Shown: positions 1-9,600 of the stretch, piece after piece
Layout: the number at the start of each line of letters is the position of its first letter
Numbering within the stretch: the first letter of the stretch is position 1
Source: Planctomycetota bacterium
Lineage (GTDB): Bacteria > Planctomycetota > Phycisphaerae > Phycisphaerales > UBA5793
DNA length: 64,000 nucleotides
Reading direction: 5' to 3'
Assembly: GCA_963205185.1 (NCBI GenBank)
Contig: CAUJHZ010000076.1
Location: forward strand, 17,157 to 81,156
Notes under the pieces: model-generated
What the model saw: the letters and a program-made list of their open reading frames with translations, nothing else
The model's database searches: none
Told to the model about the DNA's origin: nothing
Position numbers and translations under genes: made by a program

Positions 1-356
1 GGCGCACCATCGATTCGGAATCGAATGTCGAACACGAAGGTGCGGTTCGCTTCGAGCCGGCGCCGGGAAACCGAGGAACCATCGTGCGCACCGACTTCCA
101 CTGGAAACCGCCCGGCGGCGTGGTTGGCGCCGCTGCGGCTCGCCTGCTGCCGCAGGATCCGGCGCGGCGCGTGCGCGAAGACCTGCGCCGCTTCCGCCAG
201 TTGCTCGAAGCGGGTGAAATCGCCCGCACCGGCCCCGAGTCGGAGGGAAGCCGCCGTCGACTTCAACGCCAGCGGGATGAAGTGCGCGATGAAGTCGAGG
301 AAGCCGGAGTCGAGTCGTTTCCCGCGAGTGACCCGCCGTCGTTCGCGGCGCCGTGA
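1..356 (+). CDS. SRPBCC (cyclase/dehydrase) family protein, C-terminal part; start lies upstream of the window
   Basis: Frame open from nt 3 (RTIDSESNVEHEGAVRFEPAPGNRGTIV) into the 84..356 ORF. 'G.VRF..APG.RGT.V ... EDLRRF+QLLEAGEI' is typical of SRPBCC proteins found upstream of Zn-dependent dehydrogenases. Ends in an ESFPASDPP motif. Confidence 0.8.
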   Translation, partial: RTIDSESNVEHEGAVRFEPAPGNRGTIVRTDFHWKPPGGVVGAAAARLLPQDPARRVREDLRRFRQLLEAGEIARTGPESEGSRRRLQRQRDEVRDEVEEAGVESFPASDPPSFAAP

Positions 357-406
357 AACCGCGGCAACAAAGCTGAACCACCACCCCAGGACCGAGAGGC
401 CGTCTC

Positions 407-1597
407 ATGCGCGCCGTCTGCTGGAAGAAGAAGTACCACGTCGAGGTCGAGCAGGTTCCTGATCCCGAAATCCTCAACCCGCGCGATGCGATCGTCCGCG
501 TCACGCTGACGGCCATTTGCGGCTCGGACCTGCATCTCTACGACGGCTTCATCCCCACGATGAAGTCCGGCGATGTGCTCGGCCACGAGTTCATGGGCGA
601 AGTGGTCGAGGTCGGTTCGGAAGTAACGAACCTCTCGCCTGGCGATCGCGTGGTCGTGCCGTTCAACATCGCGTGCGGCCGGTGCTTCTTTTGCTCGCGC
701 CACATGTGGTCGTGCTGCGATAACTCGAACCCGAACGCATGGATTGCCGAAGCCGCCTATGGCCACTCCCCCGCCGGCCTCTTTGGCTACTCGCACATGC
801 TCGGCGGCTACGCTGGCGGTCAGGCCGAGTATGTTCGCGTGCCGTTCGCCGACACCGGGCCGATCAAAGTGCCCGAGGGCGTGCCGGATGAAGCGGTGCT
901 GTTCCTTTCGGATATCTTCCCAACCGGTTACCAGGCGGCCGAGAACTGCGACATTCAACAGGGAGATGTGGTCGCCGTGTGGGGCTGCGGGCCGGTCGGC
1001 CAGTTCGCCATTCGCAGCGCGCTCATGCTGGGCGCGGAGAAGGTCTACGCCATTGATGAACACCCCCGTCGCCTCGCCCTGGCGCGAGCAGCGGGCAATG
1101 GAAACGGTCACGCCGGCCGCGTGGCGACGATCGACTTTGACGATGAAGGCGTCTACGAGCACCTCATGGAGGCCACAGGCGGCCGCGGCCCGGATGCCTG
1201 CATCGACGCAGTCGGCCTCGAGGCGCACGGAACCACCATCGACGCCGTCTACGACCGCGTCAAAGTTGCCACGCGACTGGCGACGGACCGGATTCATGTG
1301 CTGCGGCAGGCGGCCCGGGCCATCCGCAAAGCCGGAACGCTTTCCATTCCCGGCGTGTACGGCGGATTCGCGGATAAGTTCCCCATTGGCGCCATCTTCG
1401 GCAAGGGGATCAAGATCCGTTGCGGCCAGACACACGTGCATGACTACATGAAGCCGCTTCTGGAGCGCATCGAGAACGACGAGATCGACCCTTCGTTCAT
1501 CATTTCGCATCGTTATTCGCTTGACGAAGCGCCAGAGGCGTATCACCAGTTCCGCTACATGCCCAATGAATGCACAAAAGTGGTGCTGACGCCCTGA
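407..1597 (+). CDS. Zn-dependent alcohol dehydrogenase (MDR family, formaldehyde dehydrogenase-like)
   Basis: [15 protein letters not shown], structural Zn CGRCFFC..C, GCGPVG nucleotide-binding motif; SD GAGG upstream. Confidence 0.93.
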   Translation: MRAVCWKKKYHVEVEQVPDPEILNPRDAIVRVTLTAICGSDLHLYDGFIPTMKSGDVLGHEFMGEVVEVGSEVTNLSPGDRVVVPFNIACGRCFFCSRHMWSCCDNSNPNAWIAEAAYGHSPAGLFGYSHMLGGYAGGQAEYVRVPFADTGPIKVPEGVPDEAVLFLSDIFPTGYQAAENCDIQQGDVVAVWGCGPVGQFAIRSALMLGAEKVYAIDEHPRRLALARAAGNGNGHAGRVATIDFDDEGVYEHLMEATGGRGPDACIDAVGLEAHGTTIDAVYDRVKVATRLATDRIHVLRQAARAIRKAGTLSIPGVYGGFADKFPIGAIFGKGIKIRCGQTHVHDYMKPLLERIENDEIDPSFIISHRYSLDEAPEAYHQFRYMPNECTKVVLTP

Positions 1598-1752
1598 TGC
1601 TCTTTGAGCTTGCATCCTTCGCCACTTGCATTCGTCGCCATGAACTCGTTTCTTGAACGACCGCGACGATCATCCGCGCGTAGACCAGCGGGGCGTCGAA
1701 CGCGCCCAGCACTGCACCTGCTGCGGCGAAGCCCTGCGGCGAGATCGGCTCC

Positions 1753-1784
1753 CCACCCGGCGCCGACGAGTCGGCGCCGGGTGG
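1753..1784. repeat. Perfect 14-bp inverted repeat (ccacccggcgccga-cgag-tcggcgccgggtgg) between convergent genes; possible terminator or REP-like hairpin
   Basis: Arms at 1753-1766 and 1771-1784 are exact reverse complements; no clear U-tract. Confidence 0.6.
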
Positions 1785-1836
1785 TTCATCTCCGCCACGA
1801 GTGCGTCAGGGTCTCTCAATCCTTCGCTGTGAATGC

Positions 1837-2352
1837 CTACATCACGGCACGGGCCGCACTCGGGTTGACCGCGGATTCCGCGATCTCTGTCAGCTTTCTG
1901 TCGGTCTGTTTCTCTTCGGTGAGCGTCTGCTGGAGCAGGTCGGCCACGTCGTCACGGCCGATGCGCTGTGCAAAGTTTCGTGCCGTGCCATACCCTGCTA
2001 TTTCATAGTGCTCGACGCGCTGCGCCGCGGCGATCAGCGCTGCATCGCGCACCGAGGGATCACCCTTGGCCTTGATCATGTGCTCGCCTTCCTTGATCAG
2101 GCCCTTCATCGCATCGCAGGTCTCGCGCTCGGCCTCGCGGCCGAGCATCTGGAACACCTGTTCGAGCCGCCTGACGTGGCCCTGAGTCTCCTGCAGGTGG
2201 CTGCGAAACGCGGACGCCAGAGCGGGCGACTGGGCCGCGTCGGCCATCTGCGGGAGCGTGTCGACCAGCCGCTTCTCCGCATCGTACAGGTCTTCCACCT
2301 GGTTGATCAGCAGGTCCTGCAGGTTGTGAAATTCGTCGTTGAATAGGTTCAT
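1837..2352 (-). CDS. Ferritin-like DUF892 (YciE/YciF) stress protein
   Basis: EDLYDAEK, HLQET.GHV.RLE.VF, C.AMKGLIKEG, AAQRVEHYEIAGYGT. Start moved to MNLFN at 2352. Confidence 0.92.
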   Translation of the reverse strand: MNLFNDEFHNLQDLLINQVEDLYDAEKRLVDTLPQMADAAQSPALASAFRSHLQETQGHVRRLEQVFQMLGREAERETCDAMKGLIKEGEHMIKAKGDPSVRDAALIAAAQRVEHYEIAGYGTARNFAQRIGRDDVADLLQQTLTEEKQTDRKLTEIAESAVNPSAARAVM

Positions 2353-2676
2353 TTCACTGCGTCCTTTGCTTCTCGGAAACGAACAGCGCGCCACTCAACA
2401 CCGATCAGAAGCGCACGGTTGCGTTGGTCACAGGGGATACGTGGAGATTGTACCGAGGGCCCAATCCGCCGCTGACCGGCAAATTGCCTGTCCACCCCGC
2501 CGCAACGTGCTTAACGAGGGCGCCCCGCGTCGATAGCCGGGCCGCTCTGCATGTCCTCATTGCATGCGTTTGGGACCTGTACTGCCGAACCGGCTCCGGA
2601 ATAATGAACATGGAGGAGTGGCCGCTGAGCCGCCCGCCGACAGGTTCGAGAGCAAACGCGAAGAGAGGGTGTCGCC

Positions 2677-4263
2677 ATGACCATGATCCTGCTTGCACTA
2701 GGCTTCATTTCCGCCGCCGCCATCGTTGTGGGCGCCATCCGCCTGCAGAACGCGCTCTTCCGCACGGCAGCGCTTCTCTTTGCGCTGATGGTGTTTTTCG
2801 TCTTCTTCGCGTTCAGTTCGATCCGCTACGTCGGCGAAAACGAAGTCGGCGTGGTTATCCGCAACTTCGGCTCCGATCTGCCGCAGGGCTCGATCATCGC
2901 CACCAAAGGAGAGAAGGGGCCGCAGGCGTCGATCCTCGGTCCGGGCTGGCACTTCTGGCTCTGGCCGGTGATCTTCGACATTGAGACCTCGCCCATTCTC
3001 GAGATCGACAACGACGAAGTCGGCCTGATCACCACCGCCGACGGGCAACCGTTGCCGACCGGAGTCGCGTTCGCGGAGGAATGGCAAGAGGCGAGTTTCC
3101 GCCAGATGCTCGACGCCGAGTATTTCCTAACGAAAGGCAGCGGGTTCAAGGGTCCGCAAGCCTCGGTGCTCAAGCCGGGCAAGTACCGCTTCAATCCCAA
3201 ACTCTACCGCATCGAGAAAGTCGCCGTGACGAACATCGAGAAGGCCACCGTCGGCGTCGTCAAGTCCAACGTCGGCGACCTGGCCACCCAAGGCGACCGC
3301 ACCCTGGTCAACGAGGGCCAGCGCGGCATCTGGACGGCGCCGCTTATGCCCGACAAACTCTACCTCAACACCAAGGCCTACGAGGTGACCGTCATCTCCA
3401 CCAAGGAGCGCATTCTCCGCTACACCAAGGGCCATGCCGCCGGCGAGGAAACCGAAATCATCGTGCGCACGAGCGACGGCTTCACCTTCCCGGTGGACGT
3501 GCGCATCAAGTACGCGATCCTCCCCGAGGATGCGCCGCTCGTCGTGTCGAAGGTCGGCGATGATCAGGAAGGCCTGCGTGACGTTCTGAATTCGGCGGTT
3601 CGCGCCATCTTCCGCAACAACGCCGAAAGCGTCAAGGCGCTCGACTATGTGCAGCAGCGCAGCCACCAGGAGCAGCAGTCGATGACGATGCTCCAGGAGG
3701 AGATGCGCAAGATCGGCGTCACCGTTTCCTCCGTGGCCATCGGCGACGTCGGCGACGAAGCCTCGCTGGGCAACCTGCTCAAGACCCAGACCGATCGCGA
3801 GATCGCGGTGCAGGAACAGGAAACCTACCGCGAACAGCAGAAGGCCGCCGAGCAGAAGAAGGAACTGACGCGCACCGAGCAGGAAGCCGAGGAAGAGCGC
3901 CGCCTCGCGACGGCCAGTTACGAAGTGCAGATCGCCGAGCAGGAAAAGGAGCGCCGCATCATCGAAGCCAACGCTGAAGCCGAGGCGATCAAGATCAAGG
4001 CCGGGGCTCAAGCAGACGCATACAAACTCGTGGCGGCCCAGATCGGCCAAGGCAACGCGGCGCTGGTCGAACTGCTCCGCATCATCGGCGAGAGCGGCAT
4101 CAACATTACGCCGCGCGTCATGGTCGTGGGGAACACGGGCATGGGCGCGGGCGGATCGACGGAAACGACCGCGCTCATCGGCACGATGCTCGATTCCATG
4201 CTCGACAAGGCGCCCGAAGCGCCCGCCGTCCGCCAGGTGCGCAACGTGGAGGGCGGCAACTGA
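2677..4263 (+). CDS. SPFH/band-7 (flotillin-like) membrane protein with repeated N-terminal module
   Basis: Two N-terminal hydrophobic segments; 'VRTSDGFTFPVDVRIKY' SPFH core; long E/Q/A-rich coiled coil; three EVG(V/L)...(I/V)L.PG repeats. Confidence 0.88.
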   Translation: MTMILLALGFISAAAIVVGAIRLQNALFRTAALLFALMVFFVFFAFSSIRYVGENEVGVVIRNFGSDLPQGSIIATKGEKGPQASILGPGWHFWLWPVIFDIETSPILEIDNDEVGLITTADGQPLPTGVAFAEEWQEASFRQMLDAEYFLTKGSGFKGPQASVLKPGKYRFNPKLYRIEKVAVTNIEKATVGVVKSNVGDLATQGDRTLVNEGQRGIWTAPLMPDKLYLNTKAYEVTVISTKERILRYTKGHAAGEETEIIVRTSDGFTFPVDVRIKYAILPEDAPLVVSKVGDDQEGLRDVLNSAVRAIFRNNAESVKALDYVQQRSHQEQQSMTMLQEEMRKIGVTVSSVAIGDVGDEASLGNLLKTQTDREIAVQEQETYREQQKAAEQKKELTRTEQEAEEERRLATASYEVQIAEQEKERRIIEANAEAEAIKIKAGAQADAYKLVAAQIGQGNAALVELLRIIGESGINITPRVMVVGNTGMGAGGSTETTALIGTMLDSMLDKAPEAPAVRQVRNVEGGN

Positions 4264-4285
4264 CGCGCATGCCGCGCGTTACTCC

Positions 4286-4615
4286 TTACTCCGACTCGAC
4301 TGTCGATGTCCCGCCGCATTCGAGGCACTGCTCAATCGCGGCGTCGCGGTCCTGGGCCGTGGCAAAGGTGCGGCTTCGCGCGATTGGCACGCGGCCGCGC
4401 GCATTGAGAATGAAGAAGAACTGGCCGCCCGGCGCCGCGTGTCGCGTGTACTGGGCCCGGATGACCGCATTTGTACAGCACAGGTCGATCCCCTGCCGCA
4501 CCGAATCCAACGAGCCGTGTTCGACAATGCTCACCAGGAGCACCTCGCGGTCATCCGACAGCAGATTGAAGTGGAACCGACCATCATCCGTACGATTGAC
4601 TGTGTACTTTCTCAT
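4286..4615 (-). CDS. YegP/DUF1508 family small protein
   Basis: Two repeats resembling 'DG+FHFNL....EVLL.S' and 'GQFFFIL.A....IARS..FAT...RD.AI'. Confidence 0.7.
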   Translation of the reverse strand: MRKYTVNRTDDGRFHFNLLSDDREVLLVSIVEHGSLDSVRQGIDLCCTNAVIRAQYTRHAAPGGQFFFILNARGRVPIARSRTFATAQDRDAAIEQCLECGGTSTVESE

Positions 4616-4990
4616 GGTGGAGCGCCCGCTGCCGCGGACACATGACCCGGCTTTCGTTCAAACGTGGATGTCCGCCGGAGGCTAGATCGGGGCCTTCCCG
4701 CAACCACGCCGCAATTGGCCTTAACCGATGAAGGCGTTTTGCGAGACGGAGCATGCGAAAAAACCGCGCGCTTCAAGATGTTTGCGATGCGCGGTTTGCA
4801 CGTGTCTCGACGCGGCCGTGAACAACGGCCAGCGCGAATCGGGGGGTACGATTGCTCCACGTGCCGCGACCACGCGGCCGACTCGCACCGTGCCTGTCCG
4901 CGCTAGGATTATGTTCCGGTGCCTCGGCGAGGCGGCAGGCACCTGCGACGACGGCTCGATGCTCTTTCTCTGACGGAGAACCCGATCGGC

Positions 4991-6637
4991 ATGCTCACAC
5001 GCACGAAGGACACGCGGGCCGCAGACGATGCGCTTCGACAAGCTACGCAAGAGTTCGAACGCCGCGCCGCCGAGATTCGCCTCGGCGGCGGCCCCAGGGC
5101 CATCGAACGCCAGCACGAGCGCGGCCGCCTGACTGCTCGCGAGCGCGTCGAACTGCTCGTCGATCGGCCCGGCCGCGGCAACGGCCGCTTCGTCGAACTC
5201 GGCCTGTTTGCCGCGTGGAACATGTACCGCGAATACGGCGGCGCGCCGGCGGCTGGTGTGGTGACGGGGGTTGGCCCCGTGGACGGCCGGCTGTGCATGA
5301 TCATCGCCAATGACGCCACGGTCAAAGCCGGCGCGTTCTTCCCGATGACCTGCAAGAAGATCATCCGCGCCCAGATGATCGCCCGGCAGGCGCGCTTGCC
5401 GCTCATCTATCTCGTGGACTCTGCCGGCGTGTTTCTGCCGCTGCAGGAAGATGTGTTTCCCGATACCGACGACTTCGGCCGCATCTTCCGAAACAACGCG
5501 GTCATCAGCGCTGAAGGCATCGTGCAGATGGCCGCGATCATGGGCAACTGCGTCGCCGGAGGCGGTTACCTGCCCGTGCTCTGCGATACGCTGCTCATGA
5601 CCGACGGCAGCGGCCTCTATCTTGCCGGCCCCGCGCTCGTTAAGGCTGCGATCGGCCAGAACGTTGATCATGAATCGCTCGGCGGCGCCGAGATGCATGC
5701 GGCCATCAGCGGCACGATCGACTACCACGAGAAGACGGATGAAGACTGCCTGCGCCGCCTGCGCTCGCTCATGGAGGCGGTGCAGAGCGTGAGCCCGGCG
5801 GCCGATCCGCCCAACACGCCGGTTCCCCCGGCGCGCCGCGGCGAGGATGTCTACGCCATCTATCGCGAGAGCCCTGCCGAGCAGTACGACATGAACGACC
5901 TGCTCGAGTGCATTGTCGATGCCGGCACGAGCAACGAGTACAAGGCCGAGTACGGGCCGTCGATCATCTGCACCTACACCCGCATCGGCGGCTGGCCCTG
6001 CGGGATCGTGGCCAATCAGCGCAAACTCACCAAGAGCGCCAACGTCGGCGCCCAGATGCCCGCTGTGATCTATCACGAGAGCGCCGATAAAGCCGCACGC
6101 TTCATCATGGACTGCAACCAGAAGCGGCTGCCGATCATCTTTGTCAACGACACCACAGGCTTCATGGTGGGGCGCGACAGCGAGCAGAGTGGGATCATCC
6201 GCAGCGGCGCCAAGATGGTCAATGCGATGAGCAACTGCGTCGTGCCCAAGATCGCCCTGATCGTGGGCAATTCATACGGCGCGGGCAACTACGCGATGTG
6301 CGGCCGCGCGTTCGACCCATTCCTCACCTACGGCTGGCCCGGCTCGAAGTTCGCCGTCATGGGCGCCAATCAGGCAGCCGGCGTGTTGGCCCAGATCCAA
6401 CTGGCGGCTCTGGAGCGCCGCGGCGAAATCGTCGATGAGAAGGAGCGCCAGGAGGTGCTCGCCGCCGTCAAGGCCAGTTACTCCGAACAGGCGGACATCC
6501 AGTACGGCGCCGCCCGCGGCTGGGTGGACCGCCTCATCGCCCCGCATGAAACGCGCCAGGAGATGATCGACGCGCTGCGCATGGCCGGCAAGTGCCCGAT
6601 CAATCGCGAATTCAAGACCGGTGTGCTCCAGGTATGA
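4991..6637 (+). CDS. Acyl-CoA carboxylase carboxyltransferase subunit (methylcrotonyl/propionyl-CoA carboxylase beta-like)
   Basis: GRLTARER..LL.D, ANDATVKAGA, YLVDSAG, GNCVAGGGY, LGGA.MH..ISG, GNSYGAGNYAMCGR. Start set at MLTRT with upstream GGAGA. Confidence 0.93.
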   Translation: MLTRTKDTRAADDALRQATQEFERRAAEIRLGGGPRAIERQHERGRLTARERVELLVDRPGRGNGRFVELGLFAAWNMYREYGGAPAAGVVTGVGPVDGRLCMIIANDATVKAGAFFPMTCKKIIRAQMIARQARLPLIYLVDSAGVFLPLQEDVFPDTDDFGRIFRNNAVISAEGIVQMAAIMGNCVAGGGYLPVLCDTLLMTDGSGLYLAGPALVKAAIGQNVDHESLGGAEMHAAISGTIDYHEKTDEDCLRRLRSLMEAVQSVSPAADPPNTPVPPARRGEDVYAIYRESPAEQYDMNDLLECIVDAGTSNEYKAEYGPSIICTYTRIGGWPCGIVANQRKLTKSANVGAQMPAVIYHESADKAARFIMDCNQKRLPIIFVNDTTGFMVGRDSEQSGIIRSGAKMVNAMSNCVVPKIALIVGNSYGAGNYAMCGRAFDPFLTYGWPGSKFAVMGANQAAGVLAQIQLAALERRGEIVDEKERQEVLAAVKASYSEQADIQYGAARGWVDRLIAPHETRQEMIDALRMAGKCPINREFKTGVLQV

Positions 6638-9600
6638 CTGACAAGCGCGCGCAGACCGCACGTCCCGCAAAGCCCCCGCGACGCCTGCGGCGCTGGCTCA
6701 AGCGGCTTGTGATCGTTCTGCTCTCGCTTGGAGTGCTCGCGCTCATCGCCTGGCAGGCGCTGACCAGTTCCTGGTTCCTCGCGCCCCGCATCGAGTCGAT
6801 GCTCTCCTCGCTCATCGGGGGAAAGGTGACCATCGGCACGGCCGAACTCGACCTCCACGGCCATCTCCACCTGACGGATGTGCGACTGCTGGTTCCGTCA
6901 ATCAAGGGGCCCGCCGGCGAACTCGTGCACGTCCCCGACGTCTCCATGAACCTGGACCGCGATGAACTGCTCGCCGGGCGCTTTACCGTTCAGGGACTCA
7001 CGATCGACGATGCGCTGCTCAGGCTCAGCGAAGACCTCGACTCCGGGCGCTTCAACGTCGGCGGCCTGAGCATGCCCGCGCCAACAGGCGCGTCGCCGAC
7101 CATGGTCTGGCCGCGCGTCGAGCTGCGATCCGGCGTCGTTCAGATCGGCGAGCATCGCGACGGCAGGTTTTATCCGTCCGGCGAGCTGCGCGTGAACGGC
7201 TCGCTCAAGCCGGAGAAGGCACCGCGGGGCTCGACCTTGCCCGAATGGTGCAGTTTCGATCTGGAGGAGATTCCGGTCGAAGGCTTGTCGTCCCGCAGTG
7301 CGATGCAGATTGCCGGCCGCTTCAACATCGCCACGACCGAGGGCTCGTGCATTCTCAGCGGCGTGACGTTTGAACCCGAACGGGCCAAACTGCTCCCGCG
7401 CGTCGCGCGCCAGTGGTGGAATGCGATCGATCCGAGCGGCTCTCTCGAGCCCATCGCGTTTCAACTCGACGCCGACGGCCGCTACGAAGTCGAAATCGCC
7501 ATGGACGGCATCGACTGGTCCCTTCCCGTGCCCAGTTTCGACCCGCAGCGCGACACCAATGCGCCGCGAATGACCGACGTCCACGGCAGCGTCGTCATTC
7601 ACGATGGCATCGTCGACCTCATCGGACTCTCGGGCGCGATCGACGGCGTCCGCTACGGCCTGGCGGGCTCGTTCGCCTCGGTGGACCGCTCACCCGGATT
7701 TGATCTCACCTTCGAAGTCGAGCGGTTCGACCTCTCGCGCAACATGAATCTGCTCACCGCGCTGCCGATCTCGGTGCGCCGGCTCGTGGACAACCAGCTC
7801 ATTCAACTCGGAGGTCCCACCGGATTGCTCGACGCCCACGTCACGCTCACGCGCGCGCCTGCGGGCGAAGCAGACGCCAGCGGCGCCGAGGCGGCCCGAC
7901 CGGTGCGTGCTTCCGGTCGCGTCGAACTCCTCAACGCCGAGGGCAGTTACAGCGCCTTTCCCTATCCGCTCACCGGCCTCAACGGCGCCGTCGAATTCGA
8001 CGACGACGAGATCCGCGTGGTCGCGCTGGCCGGTCGAGGGCCGTCGGGCGGGCAGATCTTCGTCTCAGGGACGATCGCGCCGCCACTCAACGATCCGCTC
8101 GTCAACGTCGAACTCTACGCCATCAATGTGCCCGTCGATGACCATCTGCGCAGTGCACTCGGCGAACGGCGCGGCGGCGCGCTCGACGAATTCTTCAACG
8201 AAGAATGGGCCCGCCGCCTGCACGACGATGAGTTATTTCTTCAGACAGATGATGTCCAGCAACTGAGCGATGAAGTCATGACGCTCATGCGCGAGTTCCG
8301 AGAGCTCAGCGGACCCGAAGGGCAGCCCCTCAATGCCGCATCGAGCCAGAGGCAGGATGAGATTCGCGCGCGGATGGCGACAATTGAACAGGTGCTCAAA
8401 CGCCCCACCTTCGAACTCGGCGGGCGCATCAACATTCGATCGACGGTGCGGCGTGATCGCGGCCCGGGCGAGCCGACGCGCGTGTCGAATCTCATCAGCC
8501 TGAGCGACCCTTCGGCGCCTCTCGGAATCGTGTACGACGAGTTCCCCTATCCGGTGCATCTCATCTCCGGCGAAATTCTCATCGGGTACGATCGCATCGA
8601 GGTGATCAAGGACCTGGTCGTTGAAGGCCTGTCAGGCGCCCGGGGCGTGATCAGCGGCTACGTCGATCGTGTCCGCGTTCCCGAGCGCCGCCAGGAGCCG
8701 CACCTCTCGATTCGCGCTGAGCACCTGCCCATCGACGCCTACCTGCTTCGCGCCATCCCCGATGCGGACTGGAACAACGTCGATCCAGCCTCCACTGCTC
8801 TGCTCTCGAAAGGCGCGCGCGTGGTTGCCGGTCTGCGGCTGGCGGGCCACCTGAGCGCCGAGGGCACGATCACCACCGACGAGCGCGGCAAGGCGGCGTT
8901 TGACATCAAAGTGTCAGCCGCCGACACCGCTTCACTGGGTGCGGATGAGCGCATGCCTTACGAATCTGAACTTGAATGGACGTGGCCCACGTCGCTGCCG
9001 CTCTCGCAGGTGCACGCGAACCTGACCGTTCACCGCCGAAGCGTGGAGATCAACGAATTCAGCGGCGTCAGCGACGCGCAGCGGTTCAGCGCCGACGGAA
9101 CGGTTGACTGGTCGAGCGGCCAGGCGGCGATCAAACTGCACGTCGATGCCGAGAACATCGATCTCAAGCCGCACCTCATCGACCTGGCTTCGGCCATCGG
9201 GCGCCGCGGCGGCGTACAGGAGATGCAGCAGTTCTGGGATCGCTTTCAGCCGCGAGGAACTGCTGACGCGGCCCTCACCTACACCCAGGCGAGCGATGGC
9301 GCCACCGGATTCGACCTCCGCCTGGTGCCGCGAACCGGTTCGGTCCTGATCAGCGAGCACCGCGTCGAAATCGACAATCCCATCGGCTCGCTGCACTTCG
9401 TGCCCGGCTCGGTCACGTTTGATGCGCTGCGCGCCGACGCGACGAGCGGCGGTGTGAATGCGGGCCACATCGCGCTCGATGGCTCCCTGGCCTGGGGTCC
9501 GAAACTTGCCACGGATCTCGATGCGCAAATCGAAGGCGGAAGGCTCGAAGCGCCGGTGTACGGCATGATTTCAGAGGGCGTATCGCGGCTTTTCGCCGGC

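Noticed and set aside
1604-1836. Small ORFs in the dehydrogenase/DUF892 gap (including an HCTCC-containing frame)
   Set aside because: No good start or RBS, low-complexity R/P content, and overlap with the hairpin.
4761-4797. 9-bp inverted repeat aaaccgcgc / gcgcggttt with 19-nt spacer
   Set aside because: Short and GC-rich, so expected by chance; no regulator nearby to assign it to.
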